Shown here piece after piece: positions 1 to 7,691 of a stretch of 19,760 nucleotides of DNA. A program made the position numbers and the translations under genes. The DNA comes from a virus. Taxonomy: Duplodnaviria > Heunggongvirae > Uroviricota > Caudoviricetes. The first letter of the stretch is position 1, and the number at the start of each line of letters is the position of its first letter. The notes below the pieces were generated by a model. That model was given only the letters and a program-made list of their open reading frames with translations, was not told where the DNA came from and did no database searches. The stretch lies in the IMG/VR virus record IMGVR_UViG_3300035701_000012; one strand, written 5' to 3'.

Positions 1-45
1 ATGGTCGCTTTGACGTATAAAGGATTTTTGGTATATAAACAGTTT

Positions 46-372
46 TCAAGAACGAGTTTTGATATTATTTCCGGGTTTTACATTGATGAATAACCCTTTC
101 AGTCGATGTTCTTCGAGAAATTTCTTGAATAGGTCATATTCTCGCCAAGAATCGGTTTTGATTTGGAGAAGATATACCTCTCCGTCTTTAATTGCAATTC
201 CATCCGCTATATTAAAAATATCAATTCCACGTTCTTTACGGTCTTTGAAATAACTTATCGTTCCAAACCTTGAATGTGGTGACAGCCATACTGCTCCAAA
301 CCCGTTTTGGAGCAGATATTTGATTGCTTTCTGATTGCTTCTCCGCATTTTTTGGCGTGGATGGATTGGCAT
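46..372 (-). CDS. PD-(D/E)XK nuclease, Holliday junction resolvase (Hjc)-like
   Basis: 108 aa with DIFNIADGIAIKDGEVYLLQIK = D...D-x(11-13)-QxK catalytic pattern of small viral resolvase-like nucleases; lies at end of replication arm. Confidence 0.7.
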   Translation of the reverse strand: MPIHPRQKMRRSNQKAIKYLLQNGFGAVWLSPHSRFGTISYFKDRKERGIDIFNIADGIAIKDGEVYLLQIKTDSWREYDLFKKFLEEHRLKGLFINVKPGNNIKTRS

Positions 373-414
373 TAGAAGATATTGGTGAGATTTGACTTAA
401 AGATGATAGGCGGA

Positions 415-462
415 ATGGTCGCTATGGACATTATGGACACTATGGTCGCTATGGACATTATG
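415..462. repeat. 9-bp-period repeat array containing a 21-bp perfect direct repeat
   Basis: ATGGTCGCTATGGACATTATG at 415-435 and 442-462; units of TATGG(AC/TC)NN; ATGGTCGCT also at positions 1-9. Confidence 0.8.
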
Positions 463-593
463 ACTAAAATCCATCTTAGATTAATACAAATAATACAGTT
501 TTCAAGGTTAGTTCCGAAGGTAGATTTCTACTAAGGAACTCAAAATTATGCGTGGAAGAGTCTATTATCATGAGAATTTTAGAGTCGTTATTT

Positions 594-1916
594 TCAGATT
601 TTTTTATCATTATTGGTAGCGTTGTAGTCAATCTTAGATTGCTTCAGTATATCTGTAAGTGGTTTATGTTCACGCTTGGCTTCCCAATCTTTTTTCTCAA
701 ATCCTGCGATTCGTTCATTTGACATCTTTACGAAATCAGGATTAAGTTCAACGCCAATGAAATTCAGACCCAAATCTTTGGCAACTTTGCAAGTTGTGCC
801 GCTTCCACAAAAAATATCCATGACTATGCCCGGAATAAATTCTTCTCCACAACCACAATCAGTATATCCAATTTCTTTTTTCTTAGTTTCTCTACGATAT
901 GGCGGTGGTCTCATACTACCAATTCTTTGTTCTTCAGTTGAATGAGTTCTTCCTTCAAAGTCGCCTTCGTTTATGACTTCGGTTTCTATTATTTTTTCTC
1001 TTGGTTTTCCACATTTTTTGCAGATGAATCGTGGTGTCCCGGATTTTATCATCGGCAATACGAGTGCTTCAGGGAATACAGCAAAATGCGATTCTGAAAA
1101 AGATTCGGTTGTAACATCCCAAACACATCTTTTGTTTCTGTCTTGATAAGCATCTTCAAATTCTTCTTTTGTCATTTCCTTTCTTCCAATCATAGCATTT
1201 GGTCGGTTGCCTTTGGGCATCTTTCCCCATCTGCCTCCCCATGTATCTTTTCTTTCTTCTCGTTGTTGCTCAAAAAAATACTTGCGGTTTTTTACCATAA
1301 AGAAAATTTTCTCATAATCCACCGTGTAGCGGTCTTTTACGGATGATGGCATCGAATTCCGTTTCCACCAAATAAGTTCATTCCTGAGTATCCATCCACG
1401 ATTCGACATTTCGATTGCGAAACGAGATGGAATTTGGCAAAGAGATTTTGAAGGCAATAAACCTTTGTCATGCCTGTGCGGATTTCTCTCGCTTTTTTCA
1501 AACCATTCAATGTTTCTTTCTTTTCTTTCCCATGATTGCGGACCACCGCAACCACCAAAATATGTGTCGCCAAGATTGACGTAAATCACTCCTGTCTTTT
1601 TGAGAACACGCTTTACTTCATCAAAAATTGAACAAAGATGATAAATATAATCCGCAAAATCTTTTTCGAGACCGAGTTCGCCTTTCCATGCACCACATTT
1701 TGAACAGAAATTATCTTTATTTTCAGTTCCTATATTTTTTTCCCATTCATGTTCGCATTTTGGGTCGCCATCCCAAACCTGCGGATTAGTTTCATAAACC
1801 CGGAGAGACCAGTATGGCGGACTGGTTATCACACAATCAACAAAATTCGATGGCATTTTTTTCAGAACATCTAATGTGTTTCCCTCATGTATCTTGTTTA
1901 TCCATTCTTCGTGCAT
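594..1916 (-). CDS. Orphan beta-class DNA methyltransferase (N6/N4 family, probably m4C)
   Basis: N-terminal catalytic motif IV TSPPYW, C-terminal motif I DIFCGSGTT, NLGDTY and HFAVFP motifs; start moved to ATG 1916 (GAGGTGA RBS, TGATG coupling). Confidence 0.9.
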   Translation of the reverse strand: MHEEWINKIHEGNTLDVLKKMPSNFVDCVITSPPYWSLRVYETNPQVWDGDPKCEHEWEKNIGTENKDNFCSKCGAWKGELGLEKDFADYIYHLCSIFDEVKRVLKKTGVIYVNLGDTYFGGCGGPQSWERKERNIEWFEKSERNPHRHDKGLLPSKSLCQIPSRFAIEMSNRGWILRNELIWWKRNSMPSSVKDRYTVDYEKIFFMVKNRKYFFEQQREERKDTWGGRWGKMPKGNRPNAMIGRKEMTKEEFEDAYQDRNKRCVWDVTTESFSESHFAVFPEALVLPMIKSGTPRFICKKCGKPREKIIETEVINEGDFEGRTHSTEEQRIGSMRPPPYRRETKKKEIGYTDCGCGEEFIPGIVMDIFCGSGTTCKVAKDLGLNFIGVELNPDFVKMSNERIAGFEKKDWEAKREHKPLTDILKQSKIDYNATNNDKKI

Positions 1917-2251
1917 CAAGATGAATCACCTCTGATGAAATCCTTTAGATTTTTACCATTATCAGAACTATTATTTTCTATAAGCGAAAAAATCTTCAAA
2001 AATTCTTCAGTAGGAATATAAACATCAATATCCAAAGTGTCTTTCTGACCATTCCAAAAATCTTTTCCATCAAATCTTAGATGAATCTGAATCTCTGGCG
2101 GACAGTTTTTCTCTATGATTGGCTTCATAGTAAAAATCATGTCCTGATTTTCGGTTGTTTTGAACGCAGATTTATTGTTCATGAATCTTGCTATAGCGTA
2201 TCTTGGTTTCATCCAAATTTCTATGCCTGTTCTTGTGCTTAGTTTTTTCAT
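1916..2251 (-). CDS. Hypothetical protein
   Basis: 111-aa ORF coupled to neighbours by overlapping stop/start; no recognisable motif. Confidence 0.65.
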   Translation of the reverse strand: MKKLSTRTGIEIWMKPRYAIARFMNNKSAFKTTENQDMIFTMKPIIEKNCPPEIQIHLRFDGKDFWNGQKDTLDIDVYIPTEEFLKIFSLIENNSSDNGKNLKDFIRGDSS

Positions 2252-2691
2252 TCTTCATCATCTCCTATAACTTCTTTTTTCATTACTTCATAGTTATAAT
2301 CTTCATTTTCTATCTGATTTTTTCGTCTCCTTCGCTTCTCTGCTTGTTCCATTTTTTCCAATACATCATTCAAAACTTTCTCCATATTTGCCCGGATTCT
2401 CGGTATTGATATATTCATCATCTTTTTTTCAAGCGATTTTGTTTTGGAATCTATGACCTCATCTATATGCTTATGAAAACTGTTTTCGAGCCTTCTAAAT
2501 TCTTTTCTCAGTTCTTCTTTTGCAATATCTAATTCACTCAAAACTACTTTGGGTTTTATTTTGGGTTCATTGCTTGGTTCTGGTTCAACAGAATATTTAC
2601 ATGATAAACAAATATTCTCTCCATATAAATTTGCCAAAAGTATTTTTTTTCCACATTTAATACATTTTTTTTCAACATTCTCAGACATCAT
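2248..2691 (-). CDS. Zn-finger plus coiled-coil protein
   Basis: CIKC...CLSC at N-terminus, charged helical C-terminal part; overlaps neighbours by 4 bp. Confidence 0.65.
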   Translation of the reverse strand: MMSENVEKKCIKCGKKILLANLYGENICLSCKYSVEPEPSNEPKIKPKVVLSELDIAKEELRKEFRRLENSFHKHIDEVIDSKTKSLEKKMMNISIPRIRANMEKVLNDVLEKMEQAEKRRRRKNQIENEDYNYEVMKKEVIGDDEE

Positions 2692-3107
2692 ATCCTCTTC
2701 CGAATCTTCAGATATGTCATGTAAAAATAAAAAAATATATCAGTTACCAACACCTCGAATATCAAGAAAAACTGCATGACAAGTATTCCGAGTTTCTTCT
2801 TTAGTGGCATTCGGTGGGTTCTTTTAAATTCTGGTGTTGTAAGATATTTTGCAAGTTCAAGTCTCGTCTCCTTCGAGAACTTGAACTTTGCATAATCAAT
2901 GACTTCTCGCTTCGCTATCTTCCACACATCAGGATAGTCTCTTGCGTGGGACAATTCGTGTTCCAATATGGCTTTTTTGAGTTTTGGAAACTTTTCGAGC
3001 CTCGCATCCCACTTGATGGTGTGCGTTTCTGGGTTATATTCTGCCGGATTCGGTGTCAGCACTGCTTTGATTACTCTCGGCTTCTTTCTCAGAGGCATCA
3101 CCTTCAA
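2688..3107 (-). CDS. Putative zincin-like metallopeptidase with C-terminal TM anchor
   Basis: AILEHELSHA (HExxH) preceded by beta-strand segment AEYNPETHTIKWD; hydrophobic C-terminal stretch LGILVMQFFLIFEVLV...; start TTG 3107 or ATG 3098. Confidence 0.55.
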   Translation of the reverse strand: MKVMPLRKKPRVIKAVLTPNPAEYNPETHTIKWDARLEKFPKLKKAILEHELSHARDYPDVWKIAKREVIDYAKFKFSKETRLELAKYLTTPEFKRTHRMPLKKKLGILVMQFFLIFEVLVTDIFFYFYMTYLKIRKRI

Positions 3108-3282
3108 GTTCTTTCCGAATGTCTTTTTTAACTTCCCGAAGCTCTTTGATTTTGTCTTTTAGTTGTTTAATTTCGGGTTTAACTCGCTGAAGTTGTTTGA
3201 TTTGGTTCTTCAGTCCTGTGACCTGACTATTTACTTCTCTCCGCCTCAACTTCAGGGCTTTTATTTCTTCTGGTGTTTTCAT
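3034..3282 (-). CDS. Small coiled-coil protein
   Basis: Heptad-like K/E/Q-rich helix; GGAGG upstream. Confidence 0.6.
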   Translation of the reverse strand: MKTPEEIKALKLRRREVNSQVTGLKNQIKQLQRVKPEIKQLKDKIKELREVKKDIRKELEGDASEKEAESNQSSADTESGRI

Positions 3283-3305
3283 TTGAAATCAATCCTCCAT
3301 TTTAT

Positions 3306-3758
3306 TCATTTTGTCGGTTTTTCTTCATAAATTTCTAATCGAATTTGTCGCATTCTGCATTTTTGTGCAAAGGTGAAGTTGTTTACATTGTTTACAGAGT
3401 TTACAATCCTCTTCTTGTAAACTTTGTTTACATCCCTCTTGTAAACTTTGTTTACATTGTTTACAATGTTTACATCCCTCTTGTAAACTTTGTTTACAGA
3501 GTTTACAATATCGTTGTTTACAGAGTTTACAGAGTTTACAACATCCAAATTTTCTGTAAACTCCGCATCTATATTTTGGGTAGGTTGCAAACTTTTTTCA
3601 AATTCTTGGTTTACAATAGTGTTCACTGTCTGTTCACCTTCCGCAGATGAAGCTACCTTTAACAGCATTTTGATGGCATTATTCTGTGTTAAACGATGTT
3701 CCTCAGAGAATTTATCAAATCGGTTTTTCACGTTTACATCGACTCTTATCATTGCCAT
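3306..3758 (-). CDS. Ribbon-helix-helix DNA-binding protein with VN(S/N/K) repeat tract
   Basis: N-terminus MAMIRVDVNVKNRFDKF...TQNNAIKMLL fits RHH beta-alpha-alpha pattern and resembles upstream ORF; start ATG 3758. Confidence 0.6.
   Translation of the reverse strand: MAMIRVDVNVKNRFDKFSEEHRLTQNNAIKMLLKVASSAEGEQTVNTIVNQEFEKSLQPTQNIDAEFTENLDVVNSVNSVNNDIVNSVNKVYKRDVNIVNNVNKVYKRDVNKVYKKRIVNSVNNVNNFTFAQKCRMRQIRLEIYEEKPTK
3381..3561. repeat. GTTTACA/TGTAAAC heptamer array with three 17-bp palindromes
   Basis: 12 GTTTACA copies 3381-3540, mostly 9-bp spaced; TGTAAACTTTGTTTACA at 3416-3432, 3440-3456, 3482-3498; another TGTAAAC at 3555. Confidence 0.9.
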
Positions 3759-3761
3759 CAA

Positions 3762-4046
3762 TCACACCTTCGGTTGCTTCAATATTTCTTTTTCAACAAT
3801 TTCAATAAACGCTGAAAAAGTAGCATGGTCTTTTTGGATTATACCTTTTATTTCAGAAATTTCATTTTCAATTTTTTTAAAACGCATTTCAATAGGAATA
3901 TCTTGGTCATCATCTGAGATTATTCCAATATTTCCTTCCAGAAAGTTCAGAGCTTTTTCTACTGCTTGACTGTGCGATAAATCTTCCAATTCACACATTT
4001 TATCCAATCTCTCTTTCACATCGTCTTCAAGTCTGATACTTGCCAT
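3762..4046 (-). CDS. Ribbon-helix-helix (CopG-like) DNA-binding protein
   Basis: MASIRLEDDVKERLDKMC...SHSQAVEKAL; GAGGTGA RBS places start at ATG 4046 rather than GTG 4055. Confidence 0.7.
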   Translation of the reverse strand: MASIRLEDDVKERLDKMCELEDLSHSQAVEKALNFLEGNIGIISDDDQDIPIEMRFKKIENEISEIKGIIQKDHATFSAFIEIVEKEILKQPKV

Positions 4047-4083
4047 GCGTATCACCTCATATTATTTTATTACATTTCCAACA

Positions 4084-4100
4084 ATATAAAGATACTTTTT
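4084..4100 (-). promoter_or_regulatory. Archaeal BRE+TATA promoter for the RHH operon
   Basis: Minus strand AAAAAGTATCTTTATAT, ~40 bp upstream of ATG 4046. Confidence 0.55.
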
Positions 4101-4226
4101 GTCATTTTTGTTTTTACCCATACGTCATGAATACCAAATGTTTTCATTTTGAATTTATAATGCTGTTATAATCCTACTACATTCTGATTTTTTTGTTCAT
4201 TTTCTTCAAAGTTTTGCTCTATTTTG

Positions 4227-4363
4227 CTTGTCCGACTTGTCCGATTCGTGTTTTACGACAATTTGGACATTTGGGTCAACTTGTCCATCTTGTCCGTTAT
4301 ATATCACCTTAGGGATATAACGGACAAGTGGACAAGACCTCACGACATCCAAAATGTCCAAAT
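4227..4363. repeat. Putative replication origin: imperfect inverted repeat with CTTGTCC iteron-like heptamers
   Basis: CTTGTCC at 4227, 4236, 4280, 4289; GGACAAG at 4322, 4330; arms 4261-4305 and 4314-4363 pair around CCTTAGG; intergenic, directly downstream of primase-helicase. Confidence 0.6.
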
Positions 4364-4385
4364 GCCTTTGGAAAACGTGAAAATA

Positions 4386-6257
4386 TTATTTTTCTCCTTC
4401 CTCTTCCATTCCATCATAGACATCATCGTCATCTTTTGTAAAACCTGTCAAATCTATATTCCCATATTGAAATTTATATTGTCCTCGCATCTGTTTCAAA
4501 AGCAATCCTTTTGTGCTTAATCGGTTTATTGCTTTTGCAACAACTCGTCTGTCTTTATGACCATCGTTTCTCATGGCATCAACAATTTCTTTCGTTTTGA
4601 TGATTGTATTCGGTTGAATGTTATGAATTAGCCAAGTCTCCATTGCTTTCTCGACCACATCAATGATTGTGACGAGAGTTTCTGTTTTTCCCAAGAATTC
4701 CATGAAGAGTTTTTCATCAATCTCTTCAATCTTTACAGTAAAGCGTTCAGGCAGTTTTGCTGGTCTCATTTTTAATGGCTTGATTGTCATCGTAAGGTCT
4801 TCGTTTTTCTGAACCATCAAGACGACAGATGCTATCCCGGTAATATCGCCAGTCCCTCTGATTTCAGATATTTCATCGCTTGTGTTTGCAAACTTGGATG
4901 TTGCAGATTTTCTTGTATGTGCAACAACAATCACGCAGCGTTTTTTGGACACAGGCGCAAGAACGGTCTTGTAAATAAAGTTGATGACTTTGGAATCGTT
5001 TTCATCACCGTAATATGTTCTTCGCAAGGTATCAAAGATTACGAGACATGGGTTGATGGTCTCAACCCATTTCATCAGTTCATTTATCATGAACTCATCT
5101 TGAATATCAAAGTTCTCGTTGATGTTGAACATCAATACTCTTTTTTCAGGCAGACCGCCAAGCTTCATCATTCTCTCATATAAAGTTGAGTGGTCATTTT
5201 CTCCGTCAATCAGAATAATCGGTCTGTCATCGGGATTATTCAGTGGCAGTGCATTGAATAGTTTTCTGTTATTTGACAAAGCACTCATCAGCTCTTCGGT
5301 GATGAAAGATTTTCCTGAGCCTGTTGCTCCAGAAATAATGCAGATTCCTTTGGTTGGTAGATAGTGGTCAAGAAGCCATGTCACAGGTTCAGGCACACCA
5401 TATTGCTCGAAATACTTGAACATCTCTTCTGATGGCACCATCGGTTTTTCCTGAGTCATTCTTGATTCGATGAGTTGCTTGGCAAATTCCATTGCTTTGG
5501 AAATCGTCAGCATTTTGTATTGCGGATGTGTCTCGTTCCATTTCCCCACTTTGGCGTTAATCATTATCTCGTTGATTTCTTTCGGCTGAAATCCTTCTAT
5601 AGCGAGAATGTTGCACAATGATTGCTCGGCTTCGCTGCGAGTCTTTCCCGGAAACCAGTTCTGCCAGTTGCCATTGTAGATGTCGGTGAACTTTGGGTCT
5701 TTTCTTTTCAATTCGCCAAGCTTCACGGTCATCGCAAGAAACATCTCGGTATCGTTTTCTTTTACCATGCCCATGCGACTTTTATGCAGAAGTTTCACGT
5801 TGCCAGTTTTAAAATGCGGTTCGTATTCGAGAGCAATGAGGTTATGCTCTGCCTTCTTCGAGATGTCGCCGCCAAAGTATTGGATGATGCTTTTCTTTAT
5901 TTCGGTGACTTGGTTGGGTTCGGTCTCTCGTAATTTTGGGAAGATGATGTCAATATGGAATCCTCTGCTTCCTGTCGAGAACGATAGATAATTGACAGGA
6001 ATGCTGTCGAGTTCTTCAGTAATTGAATCAATCTTAGATGGGTCTTCAATATCCAGTATAATCTCTTCCTTGAAGACAGAACGCAGGTTTGATTCTTCCA
6101 AATCAATATCAGAACATTCCGAGAATTTTTTCCATCCAGACCATCCCGGAATCATCTTCTTGTTTTCTGGTTCGTATCCCTTTGCGTAAAAAAGGTCGTA
6201 ATCACCGAATTGATTGTAAAGACTTTTTAGGTATTCTGTTTTATCGGTCATAGGCAT
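4386..6257 (-). CDS. Primase-helicase replication protein (AEP prim-pol + helical PriCT-like + RepA/SF4-type AAA_25 helicase + C-terminal wHTH)
   Basis: AEP motifs ILDIED, STGSRGFH, PHFKTG; TRSEAEQSL helical domain; Walker A GATGSGKS, IDGEN, Walker B VIFDTL, AHTRK, IRGTG. Confidence 0.85.
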   Translation of the reverse strand: MPMTDKTEYLKSLYNQFGDYDLFYAKGYEPENKKMIPGWSGWKKFSECSDIDLEESNLRSVFKEEIILDIEDPSKIDSITEELDSIPVNYLSFSTGSRGFHIDIIFPKLRETEPNQVTEIKKSIIQYFGGDISKKAEHNLIALEYEPHFKTGNVKLLHKSRMGMVKENDTEMFLAMTVKLGELKRKDPKFTDIYNGNWQNWFPGKTRSEAEQSLCNILAIEGFQPKEINEIMINAKVGKWNETHPQYKMLTISKAMEFAKQLIESRMTQEKPMVPSEEMFKYFEQYGVPEPVTWLLDHYLPTKGICIISGATGSGKSFITEELMSALSNNRKLFNALPLNNPDDRPIILIDGENDHSTLYERMMKLGGLPEKRVLMFNINENFDIQDEFMINELMKWVETINPCLVIFDTLRRTYYGDENDSKVINFIYKTVLAPVSKKRCVIVVAHTRKSATSKFANTSDEISEIRGTGDITGIASVVLMVQKNEDLTMTIKPLKMRPAKLPERFTVKIEEIDEKLFMEFLGKTETLVTIIDVVEKAMETWLIHNIQPNTIIKTKEIVDAMRNDGHKDRRVVAKAINRLSTKGLLLKQMRGQYKFQYGNIDLTGFTKDDDDVYDGMEEEGEK

Positions 6258-6267
6258 CTCTCCCCAT

Positions 6268-6295
6268 ATAAAACAAAAAAGAAAAAAAACAAAAT
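6268..6295 (-). terminator. Possible oligo-T archaeal terminator
   Basis: Minus strand reads as near-continuous T tracts just after the stop of the SSB-like gene. Confidence 0.35.
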
Positions 6296-6312
6296 GGTCA
6301 TGTTTTGGTTTT

Positions 6313-6636
6313 TTATTCGAGCTTTCTTGCTACTCTAAGACAGGCGACCTCGCTTCCCTGATACATCGTGAAGCTTCTGATGATGTCAAAGGATTTTCCT
6401 ACCCAAGTTTCGTAGTTTGCTCCGAACTGCTCTGAAAGCCGCTGTGCATTGGTCTTGTTCAAAGCGAAAGACTTTCCGTTGTCGAGTTCAAGGACAAGTT
6501 TTATCTTATCGCTTTGACCTATCTTGTCGGGTTTCACAGATTTTATGGTTACTCGGAGTGTTTTACCTTCTTGGACATCTTTGGTTGTCAGGAGAGAACG
6601 ACTGTCTCCGTAAATCTCGTCTACATTCGGGGTCAT
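6313..6636 (-). CDS. Putative viral single-stranded DNA-binding protein (OB-like)
   Basis: VTIKSV...KLVL...FALNKTN...FG...WVGK pattern of a widespread phage family next to replication genes; GGAGG RBS favours ATG 6636 over 6651. Confidence 0.55.
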   Translation of the reverse strand: MTPNVDEIYGDSRSLLTTKDVQEGKTLRVTIKSVKPDKIGQSDKIKLVLELDNGKSFALNKTNAQRLSEQFGANYETWVGKSFDIIRSFTMYQGSEVACLRVARKLE

Positions 6637-6638
6637 AT

Positions 6639-6743
6639 CTAATTCCTCCATCTTTTTTTTCCACAGGTTACGCAGAAATAGTATGTCTCATTGTAGCACT
6701 GCTTCCATTTATGTTTGTTGCTACTATTCGGGCATCTGTCCAT
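6639..6743 (-). CDS. 34-aa Zn-finger microprotein (not in ORF track)
   Basis: MDRCPNSSNKHKWKQCYNETYYFCVTCGKKRWRN; GGTGA RBS 5 nt upstream; fills gap exactly. Confidence 0.6.
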   Translation of the reverse strand: MDRCPNSSNKHKWKQCYNETYYFCVTCGKKRWRN

Positions 6744-6960
6744 TCTGGTCACCTGTTTCAGCATGAATTTTTGTTTTTGATTGAATCCAGCAATTGTCTT
6801 CATCAAATACCAGTAATCTTTTTTTTTCCATCAATACAACCAATCGGAAGGTCTTCTCCAATGGTAGTTTAATCCATTCAGCGATGGAACTCAGTGGTAT
6901 AGGTGAATCAATCTTCTCATTGTTCACATAATCCAAAACTTTTTTCTCAAATCGTTCCAT
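6724..6960 (-). CDS. Winged-helix DNA-binding protein
   Basis: PIPLSSIAEWIKLPLEKTFRLVVLMEKKRLL fits wHTH pattern; GGTG RBS. Confidence 0.6.
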   Translation of the reverse strand: MERFEKKVLDYVNNEKIDSPIPLSSIAEWIKLPLEKTFRLVVLMEKKRLLVFDEDNCWIQSKTKIHAETGDQNGQMPE

Positions 6961-6971
6961 AGGAACACCAT

Positions 6972-7145
6972 TTACTCTTTTTCAATAATAATTTTTTTCT
7001 TACCGTCTTCTTCCAAAGCGGTTGCCAAAAATTCATCTCCTACCTTCCAACCAAGTTCAGAAAAAAGCGTTGTCAGAATCACAGCTTGTGATGAACCCAA
7101 ATCTATAATTTTTTTCCTCTCTTTGAGATATATTGTGTTATTCAT
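6972..7145 (-). CDS. AbrB/MazE/SpoVT-type transcription regulator
   Basis: RKKIIDLGSSQAVIL...ELGWKVGDEF swapped-hairpin signature; start probably ATG 7145 (TTTATA ~29 bp upstream, leaderless). Confidence 0.75.
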   Translation of the reverse strand: MNNTIYLKERKKIIDLGSSQAVILTTLFSELGWKVGDEFLATALEEDGKKKIIIEKE

Positions 7146-7275
7146 GGGTGTAATTTGACTTAATTCAGTATAAATAGAATTATATACTCGATAGGTCACT
7201 TCAAAAAAGCGTTATGACTCATAGGTAAAACGCACAATTTTTACGTTTAAATATCGGAAAATTCATATATGTAGA
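7146..7275. promoter_or_regulatory. Divergent promoter region between replication and membrane arms
   Basis: TTTAAATA at 7246-7253 (30 bp before ATG 7276); palindromes TATGACTCATA 7213-7223 and GTAAAA-N8-TTTTAC 7225-7244. Confidence 0.5.
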
Positions 7276-7452
7276 ATGCAGTGCAAACAGTGTCCTGACG
7301 TGGATGCAGTAGCGATTGTCCTTCTAATTGACGAGTTTCCTGACAGTGTTTATAATCGGTCTGGAAGATGTCAACTACCTCTATGCCAAGAATGTTTTGA
7401 TGAAACCAAACGCAGGAAAATATATCTTGGTCATAAATCTATAACTACCTAA
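7276..7452 (+). CDS. 58-aa Zn-finger protein (not in ORF track)
   Basis: MQCKQC...LPLCQECF; TATA at leaderless spacing. Confidence 0.6.
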   Translation: MQCKQCPDVDAVAIVLLIDEFPDSVYNRSGRCQLPLCQECFDETKRRKIYLGHKSITT

Positions 7453-7465
7453 AGGTAAGACTATC

Positions 7466-7481
7466 AAAAAAACCTTTATAT
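7466..7481 (+). promoter_or_regulatory. Archaeal BRE+TATA promoter for membrane-protein operon
   Basis: AAAAAAACCTTTATAT, ~50 bp upstream of ATG 7529. Confidence 0.55.
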
Positions 7482-7528
7482 TTCACCACGACCATAGATT
7501 TTATGTAACATAGTGATTTGGTGGTTTC

Positions 7529-7681
7529 ATGCCAATTGAGGTTTACGAAGTCAAAACAAGAGTAGGAAAAACAAAACGTGCTTGGTGTAGTCATTGTAAA
7601 CATGATTGGCAGATAAAACCATATCTGATTAAGTTAGGTCGCAAACCCAAACAGTGTCCTTCGTGCCACATGAATGATTGA
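7529..7681 (+). CDS. 50-aa Zn-ribbon protein (not in ORF track)
   Basis: CSHCKHDW...PKQCPSC; GGTGG RBS. Confidence 0.7.
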   Translation: MPIEVYEVKTRVGKTKRAWCSHCKHDWQIKPYLIKLGRKPKQCPSCHMND

Positions 7682-7691
7682 TGGTGAAAAA

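Noticed and set aside
46-1916. Type II restriction-modification pair
   Set aside because: Nuclease is only 108 aa and resembles viral resolvases; orphan MTases are common in viruses; not excluded but unsupported
3381-3561. CRISPR array interpretation of the repeats (also 415-462 and 4227-4363)
   Set aside because: Units are 7-24 bp with no unique spacers of regular length; no cas genes
3345-3969. Plus-strand ORFs with VYRVY/FTEFT repeats
   Set aside because: Antisense shadows of the RHH genes; periodicity comes from the DNA array
4224-4520. 98-aa plus-strand ORF over the origin-like repeat
   Set aside because: TTG start without RBS, antisense to helicase end, sequence dictated by repeats
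59-6872. Other plus-strand ORFs in the left arm (e.g. 676-945, 4917-5183, 5622-5933, 6417-6872)
   Set aside because: Opposite to well-supported minus-strand genes, no RBS, no motifs
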